Source: Candidatus Nanohaloarchaea archaeon (GTDB lineage: Archaea > Nanohalarchaeota > Nanosalinia > Nanosalinales > Nanosalinaceae). Taken from it: 23,352 bases of DNA. Position 1 is the first letter of the stretch. Each line of letters starts with the position of its first letter. Made by a program: the position numbers and the translations under genes. The notes beneath the pieces were generated by a model. The model was not told the origin of the DNA and did no database searches. It saw nothing but the letters and a program-made list of their open reading frames with translations. The stretch covers positions 1 to 23,352 of the forward strand of contig JBEQAY010000015.1 in assembly GCA_041640075.1 (NCBI GenBank), given 5' to 3'. Positions 1-7,677 of the stretch are shown here, piece by piece.

Positions 1-1098
1 GTTCAGAGTTACAGTGTTTTCAATGAGGACTTTGATGTTTCCTTTGATGTTGATGATGAGGCTTCAGGTGTAGAAGTTATGGAGTACATGTTGAGTCCTA
101 ATGTTTTGCCTGGTAACGGGAATAGTGTTGGTTTCGATGATAATGAGGGAGAGTTTACTGTCGGTACTTCTGATCTTTCCAAGGGCAATCACACCTTGTA
201 CTTCAGAGTTAAGGACGGTGTTGAGAGGTGGAGTGATGTTGCTACCGCTGATTTCGAGTTCTATCCTAATGAGGCTCCGGAGCTTTCTTTGTCAGCTGCA
301 GAGAACTTGAATGTTACTGCAGGGAGTACGGAGTCTTTGCGGGTAGAGGTTGAAAATACAGGTGAGCTTTTCATACCGTCTGCAACTGTCTCTGTTTCCG
401 GTGTTTCGTTTGTCCAGGATTCCCGGGAGATTTCAGATCTTGCTCCAGGGGATGTGGTGCCGGTTGATCTCCAGCTGAGTCCTAACACCTCTCATATTGG
501 AACCCATTCCTTGACTGTCTCTTCAGATCAATCTGAGGCATCTCAGGAAGTTGAGCTGCTGGTTGAGGCGAATAGTGAGAAAGAGACTGATATAGAGTCG
601 AAAGTCGCGAACTACACTTCACGTATGCAGGATCTGGAGTCGAACATTTCGGATCTGAGGGATTCAGGCCTTTCGAAGGAGCTCAACTCGAGTCTTTCAG
701 AGAACATTTCCGGGTTTGTAACAGCTGTAAGAAATGCAGAGTCCTATATAGATGATGGACTGTATTATAGGGCGATGAACGAGCTTGAAGGTATTTCTGA
801 TAAATACGAGGTTGCCCGGGAAACCTATTCTGGTGTAGAGGAGCAGCATCGTTTGAATGAGAGGAATACCGTCATCAAGGTCTTCCTGAGTGTTGTAGTA
901 CTGGTTTCGGTAGGAGGTGTTCTCTTCGTCTCCAGAAGTGATGAGTACGAGATAGGTGTACCTGAAGAAGGTCTTCCGGATCTTGGAGTAGTTGGGCAGA
1001 ATATTGGAGTGGATGTCTCTGATAGATTTGCATCCTTAAAGGAGTTTATCCAGGAGGAAGAGGAAGAAGTCGAGGAAGGGTTTGAAGGCTTCCGCTAA
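1..1098 (+). CDS. Membrane-anchored surface glycoprotein (Ig-like/CARDB-type domains, helical stalk, C-terminal TM), 5'-truncated
   Basis: Frame is open from base 1 (VQSYSVFNEDFDV...) into the 79..1098 ORF. It has beta-rich motifs (LSKGNHTLYFRVKD; LRVEVENTGE...GTHSLTVSS), several N-x-S/T sequons, a TM segment VIKVFLSVVVLVSVGGVLFV and an acidic tail. Confidence 0.7.
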   Translation, partial: VQSYSVFNEDFDVSFDVDDEASGVEVMEYMLSPNVLPGNGNSVGFDDNEGEFTVGTSDLSKGNHTLYFRVKDGVERWSDVATADFEFYPNEAPELSLSAAENLNVTAGSTESLRVEVENTGELFIPSATVSVSGVSFVQDSREISDLAPGDVVPVDLQLSPNTSHIGTHSLTVSSDQSEASQEVELLVEANSEKETDIESKVANYTSRMQDLESNISDLRDSGLSKELNSSLSENISGFVTAVRNAESYIDDGLYYRAMNELEGISDKYEVARETYSGVEEQHRLNERNTVIKVFLSVVVLVSVGGVLFVSRSDEYEIGVPEEGLPDLGVVGQNIGVDVSDRFASLKEFIQEEEEEVEEGFEGFR

Positions 1099-1177
1099 AG
1101 TTTCCTCTAAATTTATTTCTAGATTAATCTTTCTGTGGCGAGAATTAGAAATTTTCTGAGAACCTAGAAAATAATAT

Positions 1178-1522
1178 CTAAATTATTTTCTCCGTGTCTG
1201 TGAATTTTTCTTTTACTAGTCCTTTGTCTCTTATGTTCCAGATTATCTGTGATATTTCTTCTGAGTATTCTTCGCCGTTTACTGCCTGGCTTGCTGCGTC
1301 TTCGATGAGTATCTGGATCTGTGGATCATCGCCTATTTTCTGTTTTGTTTCTTTGTCTGCTCGTGATCCGTTTAGGTAGTTTGAGACTGCGGGCTGTGTC
1401 ATCCCTGTTTTATCTGCGATTTCTCTCTGTTTGAGGCCGTAACTGTCTTTCATTTCCTGTGCTATCAGGCTTCTGACGGCTGGCAGTATTTCCTCTGAGA
1501 TGACTTCGAGTTCGAACTTCAT
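1178..1522 (-). CDS. Archaeal HTH transcriptional regulator (COG2522-like)
   Basis: EEILPAVRSLIAQEM...GLKQREIADKTGMTQPAVSNYLNGSR matches the XRE-type HTH signature of this archaeal family. Confidence 0.85.
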   Translation of the reverse strand: MKFELEVISEEILPAVRSLIAQEMKDSYGLKQREIADKTGMTQPAVSNYLNGSRADKETKQKIGDDPQIQILIEDAASQAVNGEEYSEEISQIIWNIRDKGLVKEKFTDTEKII

Positions 1523-1547
1523 GTAGAATTAAAGGGAGATGAAATAG

Positions 1548-1553
1548 TATAAA
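1548..1553 (-). promoter_or_regulatory. TATA box of the HTH gene (probably leaderless transcript)
   Basis: TTTATA on the minus strand begins about 31 nt upstream of the ATG at 1522; no SD is present. Confidence 0.5.
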
Positions 1554-1572
1554 TGAAGGGTTTGGCAGGGGT

Positions 1573-1914
1573 TTAGTGGTCCGCCTGCTGTACGTCGCGG
1601 CTGAGTTTTTCGATGTCCGCTGCCAGTGCATCCAGTTTCCGTGAGACTCTTTCTTTTTCCTGGATGATGTTTTCGACTTTTTCGTATTTTCTTGCTGCTC
1701 TGTCGAGGTCGTGTTTTTCGACGTATGCTGCTTCCGTGTCCATCATCTTCTCAATGATCTCGTCTGCGATCTCACCGAGAAGCAGGTTCAGGCCGTAGTA
1801 AACGTTTGAACGGACGTATTGTCCTTCTGATGCTTCTTCTCTGATCATTCTTTTGATTCTGGCGTGGGTGAACGGAAGGTCTTCAATTTCAGTATCTTCG
1901 GGTACTTCTACCAT
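1573..1914 (-). CDS. Histone-fold protein with C-terminal coiled-coil extension
   Basis: LPFTHARIKRMIRE (alpha1), V-R loop, long alpha2, VEKHDLDRA (alpha3), then ~40 aa of heptad-like helix. An SD (GGTGTGA) precedes the ATG. Confidence 0.75.
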   Translation of the reverse strand: MVEVPEDTEIEDLPFTHARIKRMIREEASEGQYVRSNVYYGLNLLLGEIADEIIEKMMDTEAAYVEKHDLDRAARKYEKVENIIQEKERVSRKLDALAADIEKLSRDVQQADH

Positions 1915-1944
1915 GTTATCACACCAAAATTTTGCCTCTAGAAG

Positions 1945-1958
1945 CTTTTAAGCCTTTC
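1945..1958 (-). promoter_or_regulatory. BRE/TATA-like promoter of the histone-fold gene
   Basis: Minus strand reads GAAA-GG-CTTAAAAG, 31-44 nt upstream of the start codon. Confidence 0.45.
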
Positions 1959-2045
1959 TAAAGTATCTGAAGCAGTCGTCGGGTCTGAAACCGTTGTGCA
2001 GAGTGAATCAGTAAATATAAAATCGTGATCGACGAATAACAGGGT

Positions 2046-2306
2046 ATGATAGAAAATCTCTCCGGCTCACTGGAAATAGCGATTCAAGTTTTGAAGATTC
2101 CTGTTCTTGTACTGGCAGCTATACTGCTTTACAGGCTTGACAGGATAATTTCTTCCGGCGTACATTCTGCAGAGATGCTGGAGAGAACCGCTGAAAACGT
2201 GGAGAAATCCTCTGAGACTTTTTACAACGTTGCAAGTCTTCTGCATAAGATTCCGGGTTTCGGTTCCAAGAAGGATAAGGAGCGGCATGAGGTGGATGTT
2301 GAATGA
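2046..2306 (+). CDS. Small membrane protein (single TM plus amphipathic helix), unknown function
   Basis: Hydrophobic IAIQVLKIPVLVLAAILLY segment. AAATATAAAA TATA-like box at 2013-2022. ATGA overlap with the next ORF. Confidence 0.65.
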   Translation: MIENLSGSLEIAIQVLKIPVLVLAAILLYRLDRIISSGVHSAEMLERTAENVEKSSETFYNVASLLHKIPGFGSKKDKERHEVDVE

Positions 2307-2557
2307 ATAATTTTGTCGATGCCATAAAGAACAATGGTTCGTCGGACGATGAGAAGAAAGACGATAGCAGTGAAAGGTACAACAAGTTGAAGAAGGAGGA
2401 AGCTGACGTCGAGAGAGGGACACCTGCCGAGAAGCGTTACCAGGAGCTGAAGGATAAAGCAAAGCAGGAGATGATCGAAGAGGAGAGAAAGCAGCCTGAG
2501 GAAGAGGGATCAGAAGACGAAGAGGACGGAAGTGAGGAAGAGTTTATAACTCATTGA
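2303..2557 (+). CDS. Small highly charged acidic hypothetical protein
   Basis: Coupled to the upstream ORF by an ATGA overlap. Halophile-like composition with two similar ERYNKLK / KRYQELK motifs. Confidence 0.65.
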   Translation: MNNFVDAIKNNGSSDDEKKDDSSERYNKLKKEEADVERGTPAEKRYQELKDKAKQEMIEEERKQPEEEGSEDEEDGSEEEFITH

Positions 2558-2576
2558 AAAAGAATTTTTTCTTAAG

Positions 2577-3752
2577 ATGGAGCTTCAGAGAATCCCCAGG
2601 ATAGCCAAGTATCTTTCCGTAGTATTCCTTTTTGCCTGGATAGGCCGAAGCACGGTATGGAATTTTCTGCCGATCTACTTCGAAAACCATATGGCTGTTT
2701 TCTGGGTAGGGGTTGCCACTTCTCTGCCGTCTCTGATAACCTTACTCCTTGATATACCGACGGGGAACCTGGTTCAGAAAGCAGGCGAGAAGATCGTAAT
2801 TTTTCTGGGACTGGTCACAGCTATCTTCCCGCCGCTGCTTTACTACCTTGCTATCCCATCCATGCTGGTAGCAGGTAAAGTGATTGAAGGGTTCGCAAAA
2901 CTTTTCCTCTGGAACGGGGGCTGGAGCCTATCACTTAGAAGCTCCGATGACGACGTCGAGTCTGAAACCGTATCTGTATTTTTACTGGGCGTAAATCTAG
3001 CTGTTATAATTGGACCGATACTTGGAGGATATCTAATCGCCTCCAATGGCTTCAACGTCACTTTCGGCCTCTGGGTATTCACCTCAACAGTTGCAGTTCT
3101 GGTCTACCTTGCCTACATTGGTATAGGAAGAAGAAACCCGTTGAAGGAATCTCTCTGGGAGACCCTGGACCGCAAAACGTACCTTGACGAGTACCATGAC
3201 CTGAAAGATAACTGGGACAACCTCAGACTACCGTTCTCACTGATCTTCCTCTACTCTATAATATTCTCATTTTACTGGATGGCTATCCCACTCCTGCTTG
3301 AACAGGTTTCGGGTGATTTCAGGGTTATGGGTATAATTTTCGGTGTTGCTGCTCTTCCGAAGGCATTCCAGTTCATCTTCGGAGATCTTGCTGACAGGAT
3401 AGGGAAGGAAAAAACACTTCTAGGTTTAAGCCTCGCACTTACACCGGTACTGGTCGCTATGAACTTCCTATCCAACGTTGTAGTGATCGGAGCATTCTTC
3501 TTCATAGCAAGGCTTCTCTCCTCAGGAATGTCGCCAGCAATCCACGCAATTTTTGACTCTGCCTGTCCGGATGAGCTTGAAGGAGAGTTTGTAGGATTCA
3601 ACGAATTCTTCAAGCACCTGGGGCAGACAATAGGCCCTATAATGGCTGGAACGATTGCATCGATATGGAGCATTAATGTCTCGTTCCTAGCAGCAGGAGG
3701 CATATCACTGGTTATACTCGGTGTTTCCCTGCACGCCTTCCGTTCAGGTTAA
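2577..3752 (+). CDS. Major facilitator superfamily transporter
   Basis: 391 aa with about 12 hydrophobic segments. Motif A-like GNLVQKAGEK and GDLADRIGKEK; GPILGGYL and GQTIGPIMAG motifs. Confidence 0.92.
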   Translation: MELQRIPRIAKYLSVVFLFAWIGRSTVWNFLPIYFENHMAVFWVGVATSLPSLITLLLDIPTGNLVQKAGEKIVIFLGLVTAIFPPLLYYLAIPSMLVAGKVIEGFAKLFLWNGGWSLSLRSSDDDVESETVSVFLLGVNLAVIIGPILGGYLIASNGFNVTFGLWVFTSTVAVLVYLAYIGIGRRNPLKESLWETLDRKTYLDEYHDLKDNWDNLRLPFSLIFLYSIIFSFYWMAIPLLLEQVSGDFRVMGIIFGVAALPKAFQFIFGDLADRIGKEKTLLGLSLALTPVLVAMNFLSNVVVIGAFFFIARLLSSGMSPAIHAIFDSACPDELEGEFVGFNEFFKHLGQTIGPIMAGTIASIWSINVSFLAAGGISLVILGVSLHAFRSG

Positions 3753-4480
3753 ATCTTGCCTATTTCAGGGAAATCAAAGATCCCTGCTTCTCTTGAGACT
3801 GCTACAGCTCTCATACTACTTAGATCAATGTTTTTTCTCAGGACAGGGGAAAGAAGCTCGTTTTGAGGAGTTTCATTTATCCTTGTCCCGTTTGATATAC
3901 TTGAGAAAGCTGGTAAAACAATTATCTTGGTGCCTTCACTGGTTTCTCCGTGAAGTATGCAGTCTACTTTTTCCACTACACCTATATCATCCTTCAGTGA
4001 AAGTGCTGGATGTTCATGTCCTATAACTACTGTTTCAAACTCTTCAAGATCCTCAACATCTCTGTGGCCGTGTGTGAATAGAATTTCCTCTTCCTCGTGT
4101 TTTTTGTCCAGTTTTAACCCGTTCTTTTCAACAAGGTCTTCAAGGAAGTTGTCGTGGTTTCCCTCGATCAGTATTAACTCGTCAAAGAGTTCTTTCAGCT
4201 GTGTGAGAAACTTGTCTATCTCTTTTTTCTCGGAGTAGTAGTTCTTCCTGAACTCGTTTTTCAGGTCTCCGTTCACCAGTATCCGTGAGGCACCAGTTTC
4301 TTTCTTCGCCTTTTCCAGATCTTCCTGGACATCTTCGAGCTGGAACCTCGGAACGTATCCGCCTTCCGAAGTGACACTTCCTTCCAGGCCGAGATGTATG
4401 TCGGATATGACCAGTAGATCTAGCTCTGTATGGTATATACAGGGCAGACTGTCCACTGTCTCAAAGTCGAAGATCTCCAT
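3749..4480 (-). CDS. Calcineurin-like metallophosphoesterase (COG1407/ICC-like)
   Basis: All five metal motifs are present: SDIHLG, NGDL, GNHD, HGH, GHEHP; also the LPAFS motif. Confidence 0.9.
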   Translation of the reverse strand: MEIFDFETVDSLPCIYHTELDLLVISDIHLGLEGSVTSEGGYVPRFQLEDVQEDLEKAKKETGASRILVNGDLKNEFRKNYYSEKKEIDKFLTQLKELFDELILIEGNHDNFLEDLVEKNGLKLDKKHEEEEILFTHGHRDVEDLEEFETVVIGHEHPALSLKDDIGVVEKVDCILHGETSEGTKIIVLPAFSSISNGTRINETPQNELLSPVLRKNIDLSSMRAVAVSREAGIFDFPEIGKI

Positions 4481-4482
4481 CT

Positions 4483-5340
4483 CTAGGCGTTAAATCTCTG
4501 CCATATCTTTAAAAGTACCTCGAAGACATCGTCAGAGGTTGATGCCTGAACGAACTCTGCACCGTTCTTGCGGGATACCTCCTCAAGATCATCAAGGTGG
4601 TCATCAAGTCTTCTTCTGTACTTCTTCTTGGTTCTGCGTGATAGAAAAGTCCTGAGTTTGGACGAGGATTCGGGATCCTTAAGGATTTTGTCTCCTGAGA
4701 GATCCGGGTTTATCTCGGACTCATCTAGAACACTTACAACTACGGGCTTAGTATGTTTCAGACTGGTTAAACCTGCTGCAATATCTTCAGAGTCTGATAG
4801 AAAATCTGAGAGGATTATCACGGCAGATTCGTTTTCGATCCTTTTACTGTATTCGGTTATAGAGTCCTCTATACGGCTTTCAGGAGTCTTCTTCAAGCTA
4901 TTCAAAACATTTACAAGCTCTGTAACGTCGCTTCCCCGTCGCCCTGAGGAGAGATTTGTCAAAGTCTCTGAGAAAACTGAGAAATTGTATCTGTCGTTTG
5001 TGTTTAAGCTCATCTTGGCGATTCCTAGTCCAAGTTTTGCTGCGAACTCGTATTTATTTGGGTCTCCATAGTCCATTGAACTGCTTCTGTCCAGAAGGAT
5101 GTGAATGTTCAGACGTCTTTCTTCCTCGAATCTTTTCACGTAGAAGTCTTTTGTACGGGCGTAGGCCTTCCAGTCAATCTTTCTGATGTCGTCGCCGGGA
5201 ATGTACTCTTTGTGGTCTTTGAAGATCATCCCCTGCCCGCTTCTCTGGCTTTTCTGTTCTCCCTGGTTCACCTGTGACGCGTTCTTTTTCAGGGCAAGCT
5301 GAAACTGTTCTAGCTCTTCCAAAAATTCTAGTTCTATCAT
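4483..5340 (-). CDS. DUF58 / vWA-domain protein (MoxR partner)
   Basis: FKDHKEYIPGDDIRKIDWKAYART and VKRFEEE motifs; MIDAS DRSSSM; ILSDFL. ATGA overlap with moxR. Confidence 0.93.
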   Translation of the reverse strand: MIELEFLEELEQFQLALKKNASQVNQGEQKSQRSGQGMIFKDHKEYIPGDDIRKIDWKAYARTKDFYVKRFEEERRLNIHILLDRSSSMDYGDPNKYEFAAKLGLGIAKMSLNTNDRYNFSVFSETLTNLSSGRRGSDVTELVNVLNSLKKTPESRIEDSITEYSKRIENESAVIILSDFLSDSEDIAAGLTSLKHTKPVVVSVLDESEINPDLSGDKILKDPESSSKLRTFLSRRTKKKYRRRLDDHLDDLEEVSRKNGAEFVQASTSDDVFEVLLKIWQRFNA

Positions 5341-6302
5341 AGTGAGTGGATAATTTCCTCTACTATGTCATCTGCGGTCTTTCCCTCTTTTTCAGCCTGG
5401 AAGCTGAGTCCGATCCTGTGTCTTAGTATCGGTTTCGCCATCTCATCTACGTCAGAGGTTGAGACATGGTTTCTTCCTTCCAGAAGAGCTTTGGCTTTTG
5501 CTGCAAGGACTAGCTGCATGGAAGCTCTTGGAGATGCGCCGTAATCCAGGTCGTCGTTTTTCCGGGTGTTTTTGACAGCCATGATCGCTCTATCTCTTAT
5601 GTCGTCGGCGATAGGCACTTCTCTTGTGAATTCCTGCATCCTGATAAGTGATGAGCTTGAAAGCACGTTTTCGAGTTCAGGATCGAAGTCCAGTTCGCTT
5701 GTGAAGCGGTCAACGATTTCCCTTTCCTCGTTTGTGTCCGGGTAGTCCAGTTCAACTTTCATCATGAAGCGGTCTCTCTGAGCTTCTGGCAGTGGATAAG
5801 TTCCCTCCTGTTCAATCGGGTTCTGTGTTGCCATCAGGAAGAAAGGCTCCTCGAGGTCATAACTCTGGTTTCCTACTGTTACCTGTTTCTCCTCCATAGC
5901 TTCCAGTAGCGAAGACTGGGTTTTCGGTGTAGCACGGTTTATCTCGTCCACTAGTATCATGTTGGCAAATATAGGTCCTTTCTGGAACACGAAGTCCGTA
6001 CCGTCATCGTTTTCCTCGATTATATGTGTTCCTGTAATATCTGAAGGCATGAGATCAGGTGTTGACTGTATCCTGGAGAAATCTAAACCTATTACCTGGG
6101 AAATAGTGCGGACCATCATGGTTTTACCCATTCCAGGGTTTGATTCAAGTAGTATATTACCGTCGCAGAGTATGGAAACGATTACCTGGTCTATAACGTC
6201 TTCCTGGCCGACCATCACTTTGCTTACTTCTTCTTTTACCTCTGAGATTTTCTCGGTCAGTTTATCATACTTTGAGGCTCTGTCAACAGTTCCTACTCCC
6301 AT
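5337..6302 (-). CDS. moxR: MoxR-family AAA+ ATPase
   Basis: Walker A ESNPGMGKT, RIQSTPDLMPSDITG, Walker B DEINRATPKTQS, ATQNPIEQEGTYPLPEAQRDRF, GASPRAS. Confidence 0.95.
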   Translation of the reverse strand: MGVGTVDRASKYDKLTEKISEVKEEVSKVMVGQEDVIDQVIVSILCDGNILLESNPGMGKTMMVRTISQVIGLDFSRIQSTPDLMPSDITGTHIIEENDDGTDFVFQKGPIFANMILVDEINRATPKTQSSLLEAMEEKQVTVGNQSYDLEEPFFLMATQNPIEQEGTYPLPEAQRDRFMMKVELDYPDTNEEREIVDRFTSELDFDPELENVLSSSSLIRMQEFTREVPIADDIRDRAIMAVKNTRKNDDLDYGASPRASMQLVLAAKAKALLEGRNHVSTSDVDEMAKPILRHRIGLSFQAEKEGKTADDIVEEIIHSL

Positions 6303-6326
6303 GATTAGAATTAAGGTACTTCTAAA

Positions 6327-6336
6327 CTTAAATTTC
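6327..6336 (-). promoter_or_regulatory. TATA-like promoter of moxR-DUF58-phosphoesterase
   Basis: Minus strand GAAATTTAAG, with the box starting about 30 nt upstream of the ATG at 6302. Confidence 0.45.
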
Positions 6337-6354
6337 TACCATACTCCGCTGTAC

Positions 6355-7113
6355 CTAATCGAAGTCTCTTATGGCCAGGCTGTACTCTTTGGCCAACTGG
6401 AGATCCTCTTCGTTCCTCTGATCCAGTGAGTCAAAAGTTATGTTACGACCGGAACCATCGAAAGAAAATTCGGGCTTTTGAGACTCTCCACGTCCCGAGA
6501 TATCAAAGTTCAGGTCTCTTGTCTCAATCTCTAAATCTGCAGACTCCCCAAGCACCTGAGAGCTATTTAGCCGGCCGGAGCTGTTATTCTCGTCACCTGC
6601 ACTTTCCCTACCCCCCAGGTTCTCCATCTCTGGGATAATGTTGCTGTTCTGGTTTATCAACTGAAAATCTACCAGTCCCGAACCCACAGTCAGGAAACAT
6701 AGTATACCGATTAGTATGATTTTCTGGATAATTTTCCGACTGGGAATGATGCTTTCCGATGTTACTGAACGTGCTCTCTCCATTAAGTCGTCGAAAAGAG
6801 CCTGTGAAACTGTGTTGCTTTTTCCTAGGTTGTCTCTTGCGGTTCTGAGTATTTCTCGAAGTTCAGGGTTCTTTTCCTCATATATCTCCAGGTGATAGGT
6901 TTTTATTCTGTAGATCAAGTCTCCTATGAAAAACAGGAACGTAAGGGCTCCCAGTGTGAAGTAATTTTGTACAGAACTTACAATCTGTATTGATAACAGG
7001 AAGAAAAACAGGTTGGAAACAAGGAAGAACAGTATTGAGTCGAGACTGGCCTGGATGAGGTTGACTTTGATGAATTCTATTTTGAATCTTTTTAGCAGCT
7101 TTTCTACTTTCAT
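6355..7113 (-). CDS. Membrane protein with three TM segments and an acidic, probably glycosylated extracellular region (MoxR/vWA-cluster associated)
   Basis: Two N-terminal TMs, the segment YEEKNPELREILRTARDN, a third TM, sequons, and a C-terminal LAKEYSLAI helix. It resembles halophile MoxR-cluster hypothetical proteins (recalled, not verified). Confidence 0.7.
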   Translation of the reverse strand: MKVEKLLKRFKIEFIKVNLIQASLDSILFFLVSNLFFFLLSIQIVSSVQNYFTLGALTFLFFIGDLIYRIKTYHLEIYEEKNPELREILRTARDNLGKSNTVSQALFDDLMERARSVTSESIIPSRKIIQKIILIGILCFLTVGSGLVDFQLINQNSNIIPEMENLGGRESAGDENNSSGRLNSSQVLGESADLEIETRDLNFDISGRGESQKPEFSFDGSGRNITFDSLDQRNEEDLQLAKEYSLAIRDFD

Positions 7114-7116
7114 AAC

Positions 7117-7587
7117 TCAGTAACCGTGGATCTCACATCTTTCTTCGGTGGTACTGCTGGTTTCGTTTGAACTGCATATGATCTCCATGCTGAACTGGAG
7201 GTCCTGGACTGTCTGATTCAGTTCATCGACAGTTGAATTCAGTTCTGAAAGCCGGTTTTCTACGTCCTGGTTGCGGTTTTCTGACCTTGTGAGCTCTCTC
7301 TCGAGCGTGGATATTCTTTCATTTTTTGAGGCTATTTCGCTATTTCTCTCCCTCAAATCCTCTTCAAGCTCTTTCACAGTATTATTGAGCTCCTGGTTAA
7401 CCGTCCGAATATTTTCCAGAGTTCCGGTCTTGTTCTCGAGCTCGGTTGAGAGGTTGTTTCTCTGGTTTACAAGGTTGCTGAGCTCTGACTGGTAGAAAGT
7501 TGATGAACCTGCAAGTATTGCCAGAACCAGTACTGTCGTGATGAGCAGGAAAGGATTAAGTTTTCTCTTCAGAAGCTGTTCCTTCAT
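7117..7587 (-). CDS. Membrane-anchored coiled-coil protein
   Basis: N-terminal TM/signal (FLLITTVLVLAILAG), about 105 aa of heptad repeats with sequons, and a C-terminal Cys pair. Stop lies 3 nt from the next start. Confidence 0.8.
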   Translation of the reverse strand: MKEQLLKRKLNPFLLITTVLVLAILAGSSTFYQSELSNLVNQRNNLSTELENKTGTLENIRTVNQELNNTVKELEEDLRERNSEIASKNERISTLERELTRSENRNQDVENRLSELNSTVDELNQTVQDLQFSMEIICSSNETSSTTEERCEIHGY

Positions 7588-7608
7588 TTAGTTTTACCTG
7601 TATAGAAT

Positions 7609-7656
7609 CTTTAACTCCTGTTTTTTTACCTTAACCTTTCAGCGAAATTTAAGTAT
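7609..7656. promoter_or_regulatory. Divergent promoter pair between the MoxR block and the plus-strand trio
   Basis: Minus-strand TTAAAG (7609-7614) lies ~27 nt before ATG 7587. Plus-strand GAAA-TTTAAGTAT (box at 7648-7653) lies ~30 nt before GTG 7678. Confidence 0.55.
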
Positions 7657-7677
7657 TGCTTATCACCATTAGGTAAT

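Noticed and set aside
6120..6150. MoxR inactivated by the Walker A variant (ESNPGMGKT)
   Set aside because: GKT, Walker B, sensor and Arg-finger motifs are all intact, so a first-position substitution alone is not evidence of inactivity.
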